Part shown: piece after piece, positions 32,468 to 39,695 of the stretch
How the letters are laid out: every line of letters starts with the position of its first letter
Position numbering within the stretch: position 1 is the stretch's first letter
Assembly (NCBI GenBank): GCA_963758525.1
Contig: CAVWVQ010000003.1
Location: forward strand, 4,096,001 to 4,160,000
DNA: 64,000 bases
Direction of reading: 5' to 3'
Source of the DNA: an uncultured Phycisphaerales bacterium
GTDB lineage: Bacteria; Planctomycetota; Phycisphaerae; Tepidisphaerales; Tepidisphaeraceae
Position numbers and translations under genes: made by a program
Notes under the pieces: generated by a model
What the model was told of the DNA's origin: nothing
The model's input: only the letters and a program-made list of their open reading frames with translations
Database searches by the model: none

Positions 32468-34630
32468 ATGAGAAAGCGATCGCGACCGGGTAACGCATTC
32501 ATCTCTGAAGGGGCTTCTTGTCAACGGCGAGACGGCTTGATTGCTAAGTTCCGTTCATTGCTCTCTCCGATCAGCTTCGCGCACTCCCCCTGCGCCCTTG
32601 GCGGGGAGGCTAACGAGGCGGGGGTTTGGGGGCAGAGCCCCCAAGTCTTTGTCGTTCTCGGCGGAACCGTGGCTGCCATCCGGCACCGCGCGGGCGGCGC
32701 GATGCGGCGGTTGAATTCATCTCTACGCGGTCATCGGACGGACGGGTCGCAATGCCAGGCCGTGTGTTCCGAGCCGAATAAAACCTTGTTCGCGTCAACC
32801 GGGCCGAATTCACACTGTCGCAGTCACCAGCAGAACCCGAATCCGACGCCAGTGGCGTCCGATTCGAACCAATGCCTGCCGGGCCGAATGAAGCCGAGTC
32901 GCGGTCTCCAGATTGACGAGACATCGTCTTGCATGGCTGCAAGAACTATTGATGTCATAAGCGTTCCGCCGAACCGCTGGTCATGCCAGGATCATCTCCT
33001 CTTCTTGTTTGACAGGTTGTTGCTTAGCAGATTGTTGCTTGAGCCGGGCCTTGTTGGCCGCCCGCTCGTGTCCGGTGGGCTCCTGGCCCTGGTAGGCCGT
33101 CCCGTCGCGGACCATGGCAAAGAGGACACGCAGCAGGCGTCTTCCCATCGCGACGTTCGCCTTGGGCTTGACCATGTGTCCGATCAGCCGCTGGCGGATC
33201 GCCTCCTGCTTCGCGTCGGAGCGGCAGAGGGTGACCGCGGCCTTGCACAACGCCCAGCGCAGCGTGGCGCTGCCCGCCTTGGTGATGTGACCCGACTGGG
33301 TCCGACCGGCCGACTCCTGGTTGTCGGGAGTCAATCCCGCCCAGAACTCGAGGGTGTCGGCGTTGGGAAAACGGGAGAACTCGCCGATCTCCGCGGCGAT
33401 GATGCACGCCCAGATCTCGTCGATTCCCGGCACGCTCTTGAGAATCGCAATCAGGGAGGCGAATCGCCGGTCGCGGTTGGCAAAAATGATTTTCCTGCGC
33501 AGGCAGTCCCGCTGTCGCTCGATCAGGCAGACCAGGTCCAGGAAGTTGCCGAAGGCTTCGCGCTGCACGTCCTTGAGCAGATCGCCATTGGCCAGCAGCC
33601 ATTTCTGGGCGCCGACGCCGTCCAGCTTGGGACCGCCAATGTTGGCGGCCAGGAGCATCGACCGCATGGCGTGCTTGGCGCGGGTGAGGGTGCGGGACAA
33701 ATGCCGCCAGTGCCGGCCGAGCTTGCGGAGCTGCATCACTGCTTCGGGGGCGATCCATCCCAGCGGGCACTCCCCGCGGGAGAGGCGCTGGGCGATGTCG
33801 GCCGCGTCCTTGCGATCGGTCTTGCGCCGCTTACCCCGGAGGTTGGACAACTGCGTCGCGTCGGCGATCTCGATCTTGTCCACGCAGGAGCGGAAGCGGT
33901 CGATGAACCACTCGACAAAGCCGACGGCTTCCACTGCCAGGCGGCTGGGACGCGGCAACGCCAGCATCCATTTTTCGATGCGGTCAACGCACTTGGTGTC
34001 ACAGGTCAGCGCGGCGATCTGCGTCCCCGAAGCATCGACAGCACACAGCGAGACGGTACACTTATGCAAATCCACGCCGACGAACGCGGCGTACGAAACA
34101 GGCACATCAGACATAACAAACTCCGTGTTAGGGACCAAGGGAACTTAGAACACTCCCGGAAGCGTAACGGCTTCCGCAGGCCCCTTCACGGTTTTACACT
34201 GATCGAACTGGTGTTGATGCTCACCATCATCAGCGTTCTAGCCGCCATCGCCGGACCTCGTTACGCGAACTCGCTTGCACTCTATCGGGCCCAGGCAGGC
34301 GCCCAGCGAATCGCTGTTGATCTGGGCCTGGCGCGCTCACAGGCACGCATATCAAGCGCGGGGCAGAGCGTGGTGTTTAATTTGAACTCGAACAGCTACA
34401 GCCTTCCCGGGATGGCGGGCCTTTCAGGTCAGACGTCTCCTTATAACGTCAAGCTGTCCAGCGCCCCTTATATCGCGACCCTGGTCACGGCGTCTTTTGG
34501 ATCAGGATCGTCCGTCTCCTTCGATCAATACGGGCAGCCATCCGCGGGAGGAACCGTTAAAGTTCAATCCGGGGCCTTCGCGAAAACCGTCATTCTTGAT
34601 CCCAACACCGGTCTGGCAACCGTCCAATGA
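32468..34630 (+). CDS. Minor pilin (GspH/FimT-like) carrying an in-frame IS110 at its cleavage site
   Basis: Native leader MRKRSRPGNA-F, 565 stop-free codons of IS, then HG/FTLIELVLMLTIISVLAAIAGP and a 145-aa mature domain. Confidence 0.85.
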   Translation: MRKRSRPGNAFISEGASCQRRDGLIAKFRSLLSPISFAHSPCALGGEANEAGVWGQSPQVFVVLGGTVAAIRHRAGGAMRRLNSSLRGHRTDGSQCQAVCSEPNKTLFASTGPNSHCRSHQQNPNPTPVASDSNQCLPGRMKPSRGLQIDETSSCMAARTIDVISVPPNRWSCQDHLLFLFDRLLLSRLLLEPGLVGRPLVSGGLLALVGRPVADHGKEDTQQASSHRDVRLGLDHVSDQPLADRLLLRVGAAEGDRGLAQRPAQRGAARLGDVTRLGPTGRLLVVGSQSRPELEGVGVGKTGELADLRGDDARPDLVDSRHALENRNQGGESPVAVGKNDFPAQAVPLSLDQADQVQEVAEGFALHVLEQIAIGQQPFLGADAVQLGTANVGGQEHRPHGVLGAGEGAGQMPPVPAELAELHHCFGGDPSQRALPAGEALGDVGRVLAIGLAPLTPEVGQLRRVGDLDLVHAGAEAVDEPLDKADGFHCQAAGTRQRQHPFFDAVNALGVTGQRGDLRPRSIDSTQRDGTLMQIHADERGVRNRHIRHNKLRVRDQGNLEHSRKRNGFRRPLHGFTLIELVLMLTIISVLAAIAGPRYANSLALYRAQAGAQRIAVDLGLARSQARISSAGQSVVFNLNSNSYSLPGMAGLSGQTSPYNVKLSSAPYIATLVTASFGSGSSVSFDQYGQPSAGGTVKVQSGAFAKTVILDPNTGLATVQ
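32519..32524 (-). promoter_or_regulatory. -35 box of the IS circle-junction promoter
   Basis: TTGACA on the minus strand 17 nt from the element end; joining the ends places TAAAAC (34196-34191) at 17-nt spacing. Confidence 0.75.
32700..32910 (-). ncRNA. Putative bridge/seek RNA of IS copy 1 (boundaries approximate)
   Basis: Downstream of tnp; guide-like segments at 32889-32896, 32809-32817, 32778-32785 and 32716-32724 match target and donor halves; hairpin at 32838-32866. Confidence 0.75.
32981..34138 (-). CDS. IS110-family DEDD recombinase/transposase (alternative start ATG 34114)
   Basis: GVDLHK, LAVEAVG, KTDRKDA (DEDD); SVPGID, AGLTPDNQESAG (catalytic Ser), ITKAGSATLRWAL. Confidence 0.95.
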   Translation of the reverse strand: MVPNTEFVMSDVPVSYAAFVGVDLHKCTVSLCAVDASGTQIAALTCDTKCVDRIEKWMLALPRPSRLAVEAVGFVEWFIDRFRSCVDKIEIADATQLSNLRGKRRKTDRKDAADIAQRLSRGECPLGWIAPEAVMQLRKLGRHWRHLSRTLTRAKHAMRSMLLAANIGGPKLDGVGAQKWLLANGDLLKDVQREAFGNFLDLVCLIERQRDCLRRKIIFANRDRRFASLIAILKSVPGIDEIWACIIAAEIGEFSRFPNADTLEFWAGLTPDNQESAGRTQSGHITKAGSATLRWALCKAAVTLCRSDAKQEAIRQRLIGHMVKPKANVAMGRRLLRVLFAMVRDGTAYQGQEPTGHERAANKARLKQQSAKQQPVKQEEEMILA

Positions 34631-37269
34631 GCCGCAAAAACAGACTGCCAACGAGACTTCGCCGAAGTGCTTTCATCTCTGAAGGGGCTTCTTGTCAACG
34701 GCGAGACGGCTTGATTGCTAAGTTCCGTTCATTGCTCTCTCCGATCAGCTTCGCGCACTCCCCCTGCGCCCTTGGCGGGGAGGCTAACGAGGCGGGGGTT
34801 TGGGGGCAGAGCCCCCAAGTCTTTGTCGTTCTCGGCGGAACCGTGGCTGCCATCCGGCACCGCGCGGGCGGCGCGATGCGGCGGTTGAATTCATCTCTAT
34901 GCGGTCATCGGACGGACGGGTCGCAATGCCAGGCCGTGTGTTCCGAGCCGAATAAAACCTTGTTCGCGTCAACCGGGCCGAATTCACACTGTCGCAGTCA
35001 CCAGCAGAACCCGAATCCGACGCCAGTGGCGTCCGATTCGAACCAATGCCTGCCGGGCCGAATGAAGCCGAGTCGCGGTCTCCAGATTGACGAGACATCG
35101 TCTTGCATGGCTGCAAGAACTATTGATGTCATAAGCGTTCCGCCGAACCGCTGGTCATGCCAGGATCATCTCCTCTTCTTGTTTGACAGGTTGTTGCTTA
35201 GCAGATTGTTGCTTGAGCCGGGCCTTGTTGGCCGCCCGCTCGTGTCCGGTGGGCTCCTGGCCCTGGTAGGCCGTCCCGTCGCGGACCATGGCAAAGAGGA
35301 CACGCAGCAGGCGTCTTCCCATCGCGACGTTCGCCTTGGGCTTGACCATGTGTCCGATCAGCCGCTGGCGGATCGCCTCCTGCTTCGCGTCGGAGCGGCA
35401 GAGGGTGACCGCGGCCTTGCACAACGCCCAGCGCAGCGTGGCGCTGCCCGCCTTGGTGATGTGACCCGACTGGGTCCGGCCGGCCGACTCCTGGTTGTCG
35501 GGAGTCAATCCCGCCCAGAACTCGAGGGTGTCGGCGTTGGGAAAACGGGAGAACTCGCCGATCTCCGCGGCGATGATGCACGCCCAGATCTCGTCGATTC
35601 CCGGCACGCTCTTGAGAATCGCAATCAGGGAGGCGAATCGCCGGTCGCGGTTGGCAAAAATGATTTTCCTGCGCAGGCATTCCCGCTGTCGCTCGATCAG
35701 GCAGACCAGGTCCAGGAAGTTGCCGAAGGCTTCGCGCTGCACGTCCTTGAGCAGATCGCCATTGGCCAGCAGCCATTTCTGGGCGCCGGCGCCGTCCAGC
35801 TTGGGACCGCGAATGTTGGCGGCCAGGAGCATCGACCGCATGGCGTGCTTGGCGCGGGTGAGGGTGCGGGACAAATGCCGCCAGTGCCGGCCGAGCTTGC
35901 GGAGCTGCATCACTGCTTCGGGGGCGATCCATCCCAGCGGGCACTCCCCGCGGGAGAGGCGCTGGGCGATGTCGGCCGCGTCCTTGCGATCGGTCTTGCG
36001 CCGCTTACCCCGGAGGTTGGACAACTGCGTCGCGTCGGCGATCTCGATCTTGTCCACGCAGGAGCGGAAGCGGTCGATGAACCACTCGACAAAGCCGACG
36101 GCTTCCACTGCCAGGCGGCTGGGACGCGGCAACGCCAGCATCCATTTTTCGATGCGGTCAACGCACTTGGTGTCACAGGTCAGCGCGGCGATCTGCGTCC
36201 CCGAAGCATCGACAGCACACAGCGAGACGGTACACTTATGCAAATCCACGCCGACGAACGCGGCGTACGAAACAGGCACATCAGACATAACAAACTCCGT
36301 GTTAGGGACCAAGGGAACTTAGAACACTCCCGGAAGCGTAACGGCTTCCGCAGGCCCCTTCACGGTTTTACACTGATCGAGATGGTCACCAGCATGATCA
36401 TTTTGTCGGTTCTGCTGCTGGCGTGCGGTTCGATTGTCATGATGGCGACGCGGGCCACGACCGATGGGTCGGTTCGTAATGTGGCTCAGCTTCAGGCGGC
36501 GGACGCAGCCAGTCAGATGACCGATGATCTGAATGTCGCGATCAACTTCACGCAACGTACCTCCACCGCAACGACGTTTACCGTCCCCGATCGGTTAAAT
36601 GCAGGAACTCCCCAGATTGTCTCCTATAGCTGGTCGGGCACGTCGGGAACCCCGCTTCTGCGCCAGTTCAACGGTGGACCAGCCACGGCCATCCTTTCGA
36701 CCGTCCAAAGCCTCAACCTCGCATACACACCCAGATTGATGGGACCCGCGCCAGGTCCTGTGGAGCAGGTGCTTTTCTCACATGACGCCGCGGTCGGCGT
36801 ATTCAAAGACTACAAAATGGACGACCAGAACTGGGGATCGCAGTATTTTGTTCCGACATTGCCATTTGGCACCAGTTCGTACACGCTGACACGAGTTCGC
36901 CTGATGCTCAAGGGCGCACCGCAGAACGCCGTCATGAACGTCAGCCTGGTGGCTCCAGACGCTTTTGATCGGCCGACGGGCACCACGATTGCGCAGACTA
37001 CCGTTTACGGGTCGGCTCTCAGCAGCCAATATGAATGGATCGATATTCCGTTCGCCGGATTGACGAACCAGAACCCATTGCAAGCGCTTTGTATTGTTCT
37101 GACTCCCGCCAATGGCGGGAAGGACATTGGCAACATTCAAATTGACCAATCGCTGCTGAACATTCTTTCCAATGCCTATTGGTCGACGACGTCAAATGCA
37201 GGCTCCTCCTGGTCGGCGGGCGTCTCGACCACGGTTGCCCGCTTTTACGTCTTCGGAACGATTCCCTGA
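34627..37269 (+). CDS. Minor pilin (PilW/GspJ-like) carrying an in-frame IS110 at its cleavage site
   Basis: Native leader MSRKNRLPTRLRRSA-F, 565 stop-free codons of IS, then HG/FTLIEMVTSMIILSVLLLAC and a 300-aa mature domain. Confidence 0.85.
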   Translation: MSRKNRLPTRLRRSAFISEGASCQRRDGLIAKFRSLLSPISFAHSPCALGGEANEAGVWGQSPQVFVVLGGTVAAIRHRAGGAMRRLNSSLCGHRTDGSQCQAVCSEPNKTLFASTGPNSHCRSHQQNPNPTPVASDSNQCLPGRMKPSRGLQIDETSSCMAARTIDVISVPPNRWSCQDHLLFLFDRLLLSRLLLEPGLVGRPLVSGGLLALVGRPVADHGKEDTQQASSHRDVRLGLDHVSDQPLADRLLLRVGAAEGDRGLAQRPAQRGAARLGDVTRLGPAGRLLVVGSQSRPELEGVGVGKTGELADLRGDDARPDLVDSRHALENRNQGGESPVAVGKNDFPAQAFPLSLDQADQVQEVAEGFALHVLEQIAIGQQPFLGAGAVQLGTANVGGQEHRPHGVLGAGEGAGQMPPVPAELAELHHCFGGDPSQRALPAGEALGDVGRVLAIGLAPLTPEVGQLRRVGDLDLVHAGAEAVDEPLDKADGFHCQAAGTRQRQHPFFDAVNALGVTGQRGDLRPRSIDSTQRDGTLMQIHADERGVRNRHIRHNKLRVRDQGNLEHSRKRNGFRRPLHGFTLIEMVTSMIILSVLLLACGSIVMMATRATTDGSVRNVAQLQAADAASQMTDDLNVAINFTQRTSTATTFTVPDRLNAGTPQIVSYSWSGTSGTPLLRQFNGGPATAILSTVQSLNLAYTPRLMGPAPGPVEQVLFSHDAAVGVFKDYKMDDQNWGSQYFVPTLPFGTSSYTLTRVRLMLKGAPQNAVMNVSLVAPDAFDRPTGTTIAQTTVYGSALSSQYEWIDIPFAGLTNQNPLQALCIVLTPANGGKDIGNIQIDQSLLNILSNAYWSTTSNAGSSWSAGVSTTVARFYVFGTIP
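34874..35084 (-). ncRNA. Putative bridge/seek RNA of IS copy 2 (boundaries approximate)
   Basis: Same four guide segments at 35063-35070, 34983-34991, 34952-34959 and 34890-34898. Confidence 0.75.
35155..36312 (-). CDS. IS110-family DEDD recombinase/transposase, copy 2
   Basis: 385 aa with the same motifs; three amino-acid differences from copy 1 (G/R, V/A, D/E). Confidence 0.95.
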   Translation of the reverse strand: MVPNTEFVMSDVPVSYAAFVGVDLHKCTVSLCAVDASGTQIAALTCDTKCVDRIEKWMLALPRPSRLAVEAVGFVEWFIDRFRSCVDKIEIADATQLSNLRGKRRKTDRKDAADIAQRLSRGECPLGWIAPEAVMQLRKLGRHWRHLSRTLTRAKHAMRSMLLAANIRGPKLDGAGAQKWLLANGDLLKDVQREAFGNFLDLVCLIERQRECLRRKIIFANRDRRFASLIAILKSVPGIDEIWACIIAAEIGEFSRFPNADTLEFWAGLTPDNQESAGRTQSGHITKAGSATLRWALCKAAVTLCRSDAKQEAIRQRLIGHMVKPKANVAMGRRLLRVLFAMVRDGTAYQGQEPTGHERAANKARLKQQSAKQQPVKQEEEMILA

Positions 37270-37277
37270 GTTATGCA

Positions 37278-37892
37278 ATGCAAAAGCCCCCGCGCGAAAA
37301 ACATCGAGGCTTTACGCTTGTTGAGGCAACGCTGTCTGTTGCCATCGTGGGCATCTTGTTAGTCGCTTCCACGGCCACATTCGGATCCATCGCACAAGCC
37401 CGCAAGTCACAAGTGGAGAGTCGAGCGGCATTTTTGCTGGCCCAGCAGTTAATGACCGAAATCATGCAATGCTATTTCCGGCAGCAGGGCACGAACCCTG
37501 TCTTCGGGCCCCAGGCAGGGCAGACCCGGCCAACCTTCAATTACGTCGACGCTTATAACGGCTACACCGCCAGTCCCCCGACGTCGCAGGGGGGCGCGAT
37601 TCTCCCGGATTACACCGGTTGGTCCGAAACCGTAACCGTGGCCTTTGTGGATCCGAACACGTTTTCCATCTCGGCAGGCTCAACGCTTAAACAGATCAAT
37701 GTGGTGGTCACCGCGCCGTCCGGAAAGAGCTACACCCTGGTAGGACTCCGATCTCAATTCGGCGCGTATGAGCTGGTGCCTTCTGCTCAAACCAATTTTA
37801 TTACCGGAGTGTCTGTTTCGTTACAGGGGGGCTTTCCGGCGAAAACGATCTACACGGGCGCTCACCCGCTTAATATCTCCTCATCACAATGA
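37278..37892 (+). CDS. Minor pilin (PilV/GspI-like), uninterrupted
   Basis: MQKPPREKHRG/FTLVEATLSVAIVGILLVA. Confidence 0.88.
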   Translation: MQKPPREKHRGFTLVEATLSVAIVGILLVASTATFGSIAQARKSQVESRAAFLLAQQLMTEIMQCYFRQQGTNPVFGPQAGQTRPTFNYVDAYNGYTASPPTSQGGAILPDYTGWSETVTVAFVDPNTFSISAGSTLKQINVVVTAPSGKSYTLVGLRSQFGAYELVPSAQTNFITGVSVSLQGGFPAKTIYTGAHPLNISSSQ

Positions 37893-39205
37893 AGAGCAAT
37901 CGCCCAAATACACCCGCTCGCAATAACTTCATCGCGGTACGGCGCAGAGGGTCCGCCTACGTGTTCGTGCTTGGAATCTCACTCATTGTGACCGTGCTGG
38001 GAATGGGCGCATTGACGCTTTCCCGCGTGTTGGCAAAGACGACTGGTGAAGGAAGCGATTGGGAGGCCGCGGGAGTCCTGGCATTCTCCGCTACAGAGCA
38101 CGCGATCTCGTACGTCAACGCTGCCGCCGCCGCTTCTCCTGGAACCTGGAGAAGTGGGTATGTCAGTCGGCAGACCGTGGTCACGCACGCAATGGGCCGT
38201 GGGAGTTTTAGCTGGGCTCTGAAAGATGAGGTGGACGGGAATCTCTCAGCCGACTACCTCCGGCCTTTTCGGGTGTACGGAATTGGGACCGTCGGCAGTG
38301 TGACGCGCGTATATAGCGTCCAGGTGATACCAGCCGGGACTCCGCTGGATGTGCTGCGGACCGCACTGCATTCGAGCGCCGCGATCACGTTGACGGGTAA
38401 TACTCAGGCGGCGAACGGGCCGATTTCGAGCAATTCAAGTGTGAGTCTGTCCGGCAGTGTCTACGCCAGCATCGAGGCGCTTTCCACCACCGGATCCGCG
38501 ACCGGAACGCAAAGCATTACAGCTCCCGCAGCGTCGAAAGCGATGCCTTCTACCAGCATCTTCAACGATCTGCTGCAAAACGCGACTGTCATCAACTACA
38601 GCTCTCTTAGCGGCGGCAATCTGCAGCAATGCCTATTGTCTTCCGCCTCTAACCCGTACGGCACCCCCGACCCCAACGGGGTCTACGCAATCTCGATGGG
38701 AGGTAACCAAACGCTGACCATTACGAATTGCCGCATCGTCGGGACATTGCTTATCCTTGCACCGAACAAAGATAACATCCAGATCAAGGGCCCAGTGGAA
38801 TGGGAGCCTGGAGGCGGAGGCAAACCAATTCTGCTGGTATCCGGCTCAGGTTGCCAGGTGACGTTTTCGGGAAGCCCGACCTGGCTGAGCGAAAGCTCCG
38901 TCGGTGTGAACCTTAATCCGCCTGCCACGCCGTACAAGGGCGCGAGCGACAACGACACGGCGGATGACTACCCGCCGCAGTATCACGGCATCATTCACAT
39001 CATGGGTGGCAGCAGTAACGCGGTGCAGCTCAACGCCAATACTTACATTATTGGAACCCTGATAGCGGACTGCTCCGTAAAGACCACCGCCCAGAGCACG
39101 CTAGTCCAGGATCCGACCATTTACGCTAACCCGCCGTTGGGGTATGCCACAGGCAACGCGATGACAGAAATCCCCGGCAGCTGGAGGTGGGACACTTTGC
39201 CTTAG
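37889..39205 (+). CDS. PilX/GspK-like pilin-related protein with a large beta-rich C-terminus
   Basis: RRRG/SAYVFVLGISLIVTVLGMGAL (no Glu+5); last structural gene of the cluster. Confidence 0.75.
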   Translation: MKSNRPNTPARNNFIAVRRRGSAYVFVLGISLIVTVLGMGALTLSRVLAKTTGEGSDWEAAGVLAFSATEHAISYVNAAAAASPGTWRSGYVSRQTVVTHAMGRGSFSWALKDEVDGNLSADYLRPFRVYGIGTVGSVTRVYSVQVIPAGTPLDVLRTALHSSAAITLTGNTQAANGPISSNSSVSLSGSVYASIEALSTTGSATGTQSITAPAASKAMPSTSIFNDLLQNATVINYSSLSGGNLQQCLLSSASNPYGTPDPNGVYAISMGGNQTLTITNCRIVGTLLILAPNKDNIQIKGPVEWEPGGGGKPILLVSGSGCQVTFSGSPTWLSESSVGVNLNPPATPYKGASDNDTADDYPPQYHGIIHIMGGSSNAVQLNANTYIIGTLIADCSVKTTAQSTLVQDPTIYANPPLGYATGNAMTEIPGSWRWDTLP

Positions 39206-39299
39206 GGTTTTTAGACAGAGCCTGGTATGTTAAGGAGATTTGCGTCCTGCGCCGATGATCGAAGGAGCGATTCATTTTCATAGCAAGGGGAGCAGCAAC

Positions 39300-39695
39300 A
39301 TGGCGGCGAAAACTATTCTCATTGCTGACGACGAGCCGCATCTGGTTCATATTTTAAGTTACAACCTTGAAAAGGCCGGCCTTATAGTAGAGATCGCTGT
39401 GAACGGACTCGAGTGCGTCGAGAAAGCCTTGGTGTTGTCGCCGGACCTGATTGTCTCCGATTATCAAATGCCGTTGCTGGATGGGCTGCAGGCAGCGACA
39501 CAGCTCCGGGCGGATCCGCGGACCGCGCATATTCCGGTGTTGATACTCACTGCGCGAGGCCATCGAATAGAGCCCGGCGAGCTGGTCCACACCCACATTC
39601 GGGCGGTCCTTCCCAAGCCTTTTAGTGCGCGCCAGTTGTTGGCAAAAATCGAAGAGATTCTCGGTGCCCCCGATGCCGGAGCAAACGCAGCGTGA
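39300..39695 (+). CDS. Single-domain response regulator
   Basis: ILIADDE, DLIVSDYQMPLLDG, LTARG, KPFS. Confidence 0.92.
   Translation: MAAKTILIADDEPHLVHILSYNLEKAGLIVEIAVNGLECVEKALVLSPDLIVSDYQMPLLDGLQAATQLRADPRTAHIPVLILTARGHRIEPGELVHTHIRAVLPKPFSARQLLAKIEEILGAPDAGANAA

Larger units (their letters stand above)
32502..34196 (-). mobile_element. IS110-family (IS1111-type) element, copy 1, 1695 bp
   Basis: Near-identical to 34676-36370; subterminal IRs tgaaggggc (32506-32514) and gccccttca (34180-34188); no target duplication; removal restores gca ttc aca ctg atc gaa. Confidence 0.95.
34676..36370 (-). mobile_element. IS110-family (IS1111-type) element, copy 2, 1695 bp
   Basis: Offset 2174 bp from copy 1; five substitutions found by eye and no indels; removal restores gct ttc aca ctg atc gag. 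Confidence 0.95.

Noticed and set aside
32502..36370. The 1.7-kb duplication as an assembly artefact or tandem gene duplication
   Set aside because: The flanks belong to two different pilin genes, the copies differ by several substitutions, and removing each one restores an intact AFTLIE motif.
32444..37269. The 728-aa and 880-aa ORFs as novel giant proteins sharing a 565-aa domain
   Set aside because: The shared part is the antisense of the IS110 element and is not a plausible folded domain. It is treated as a read-through leader instead.
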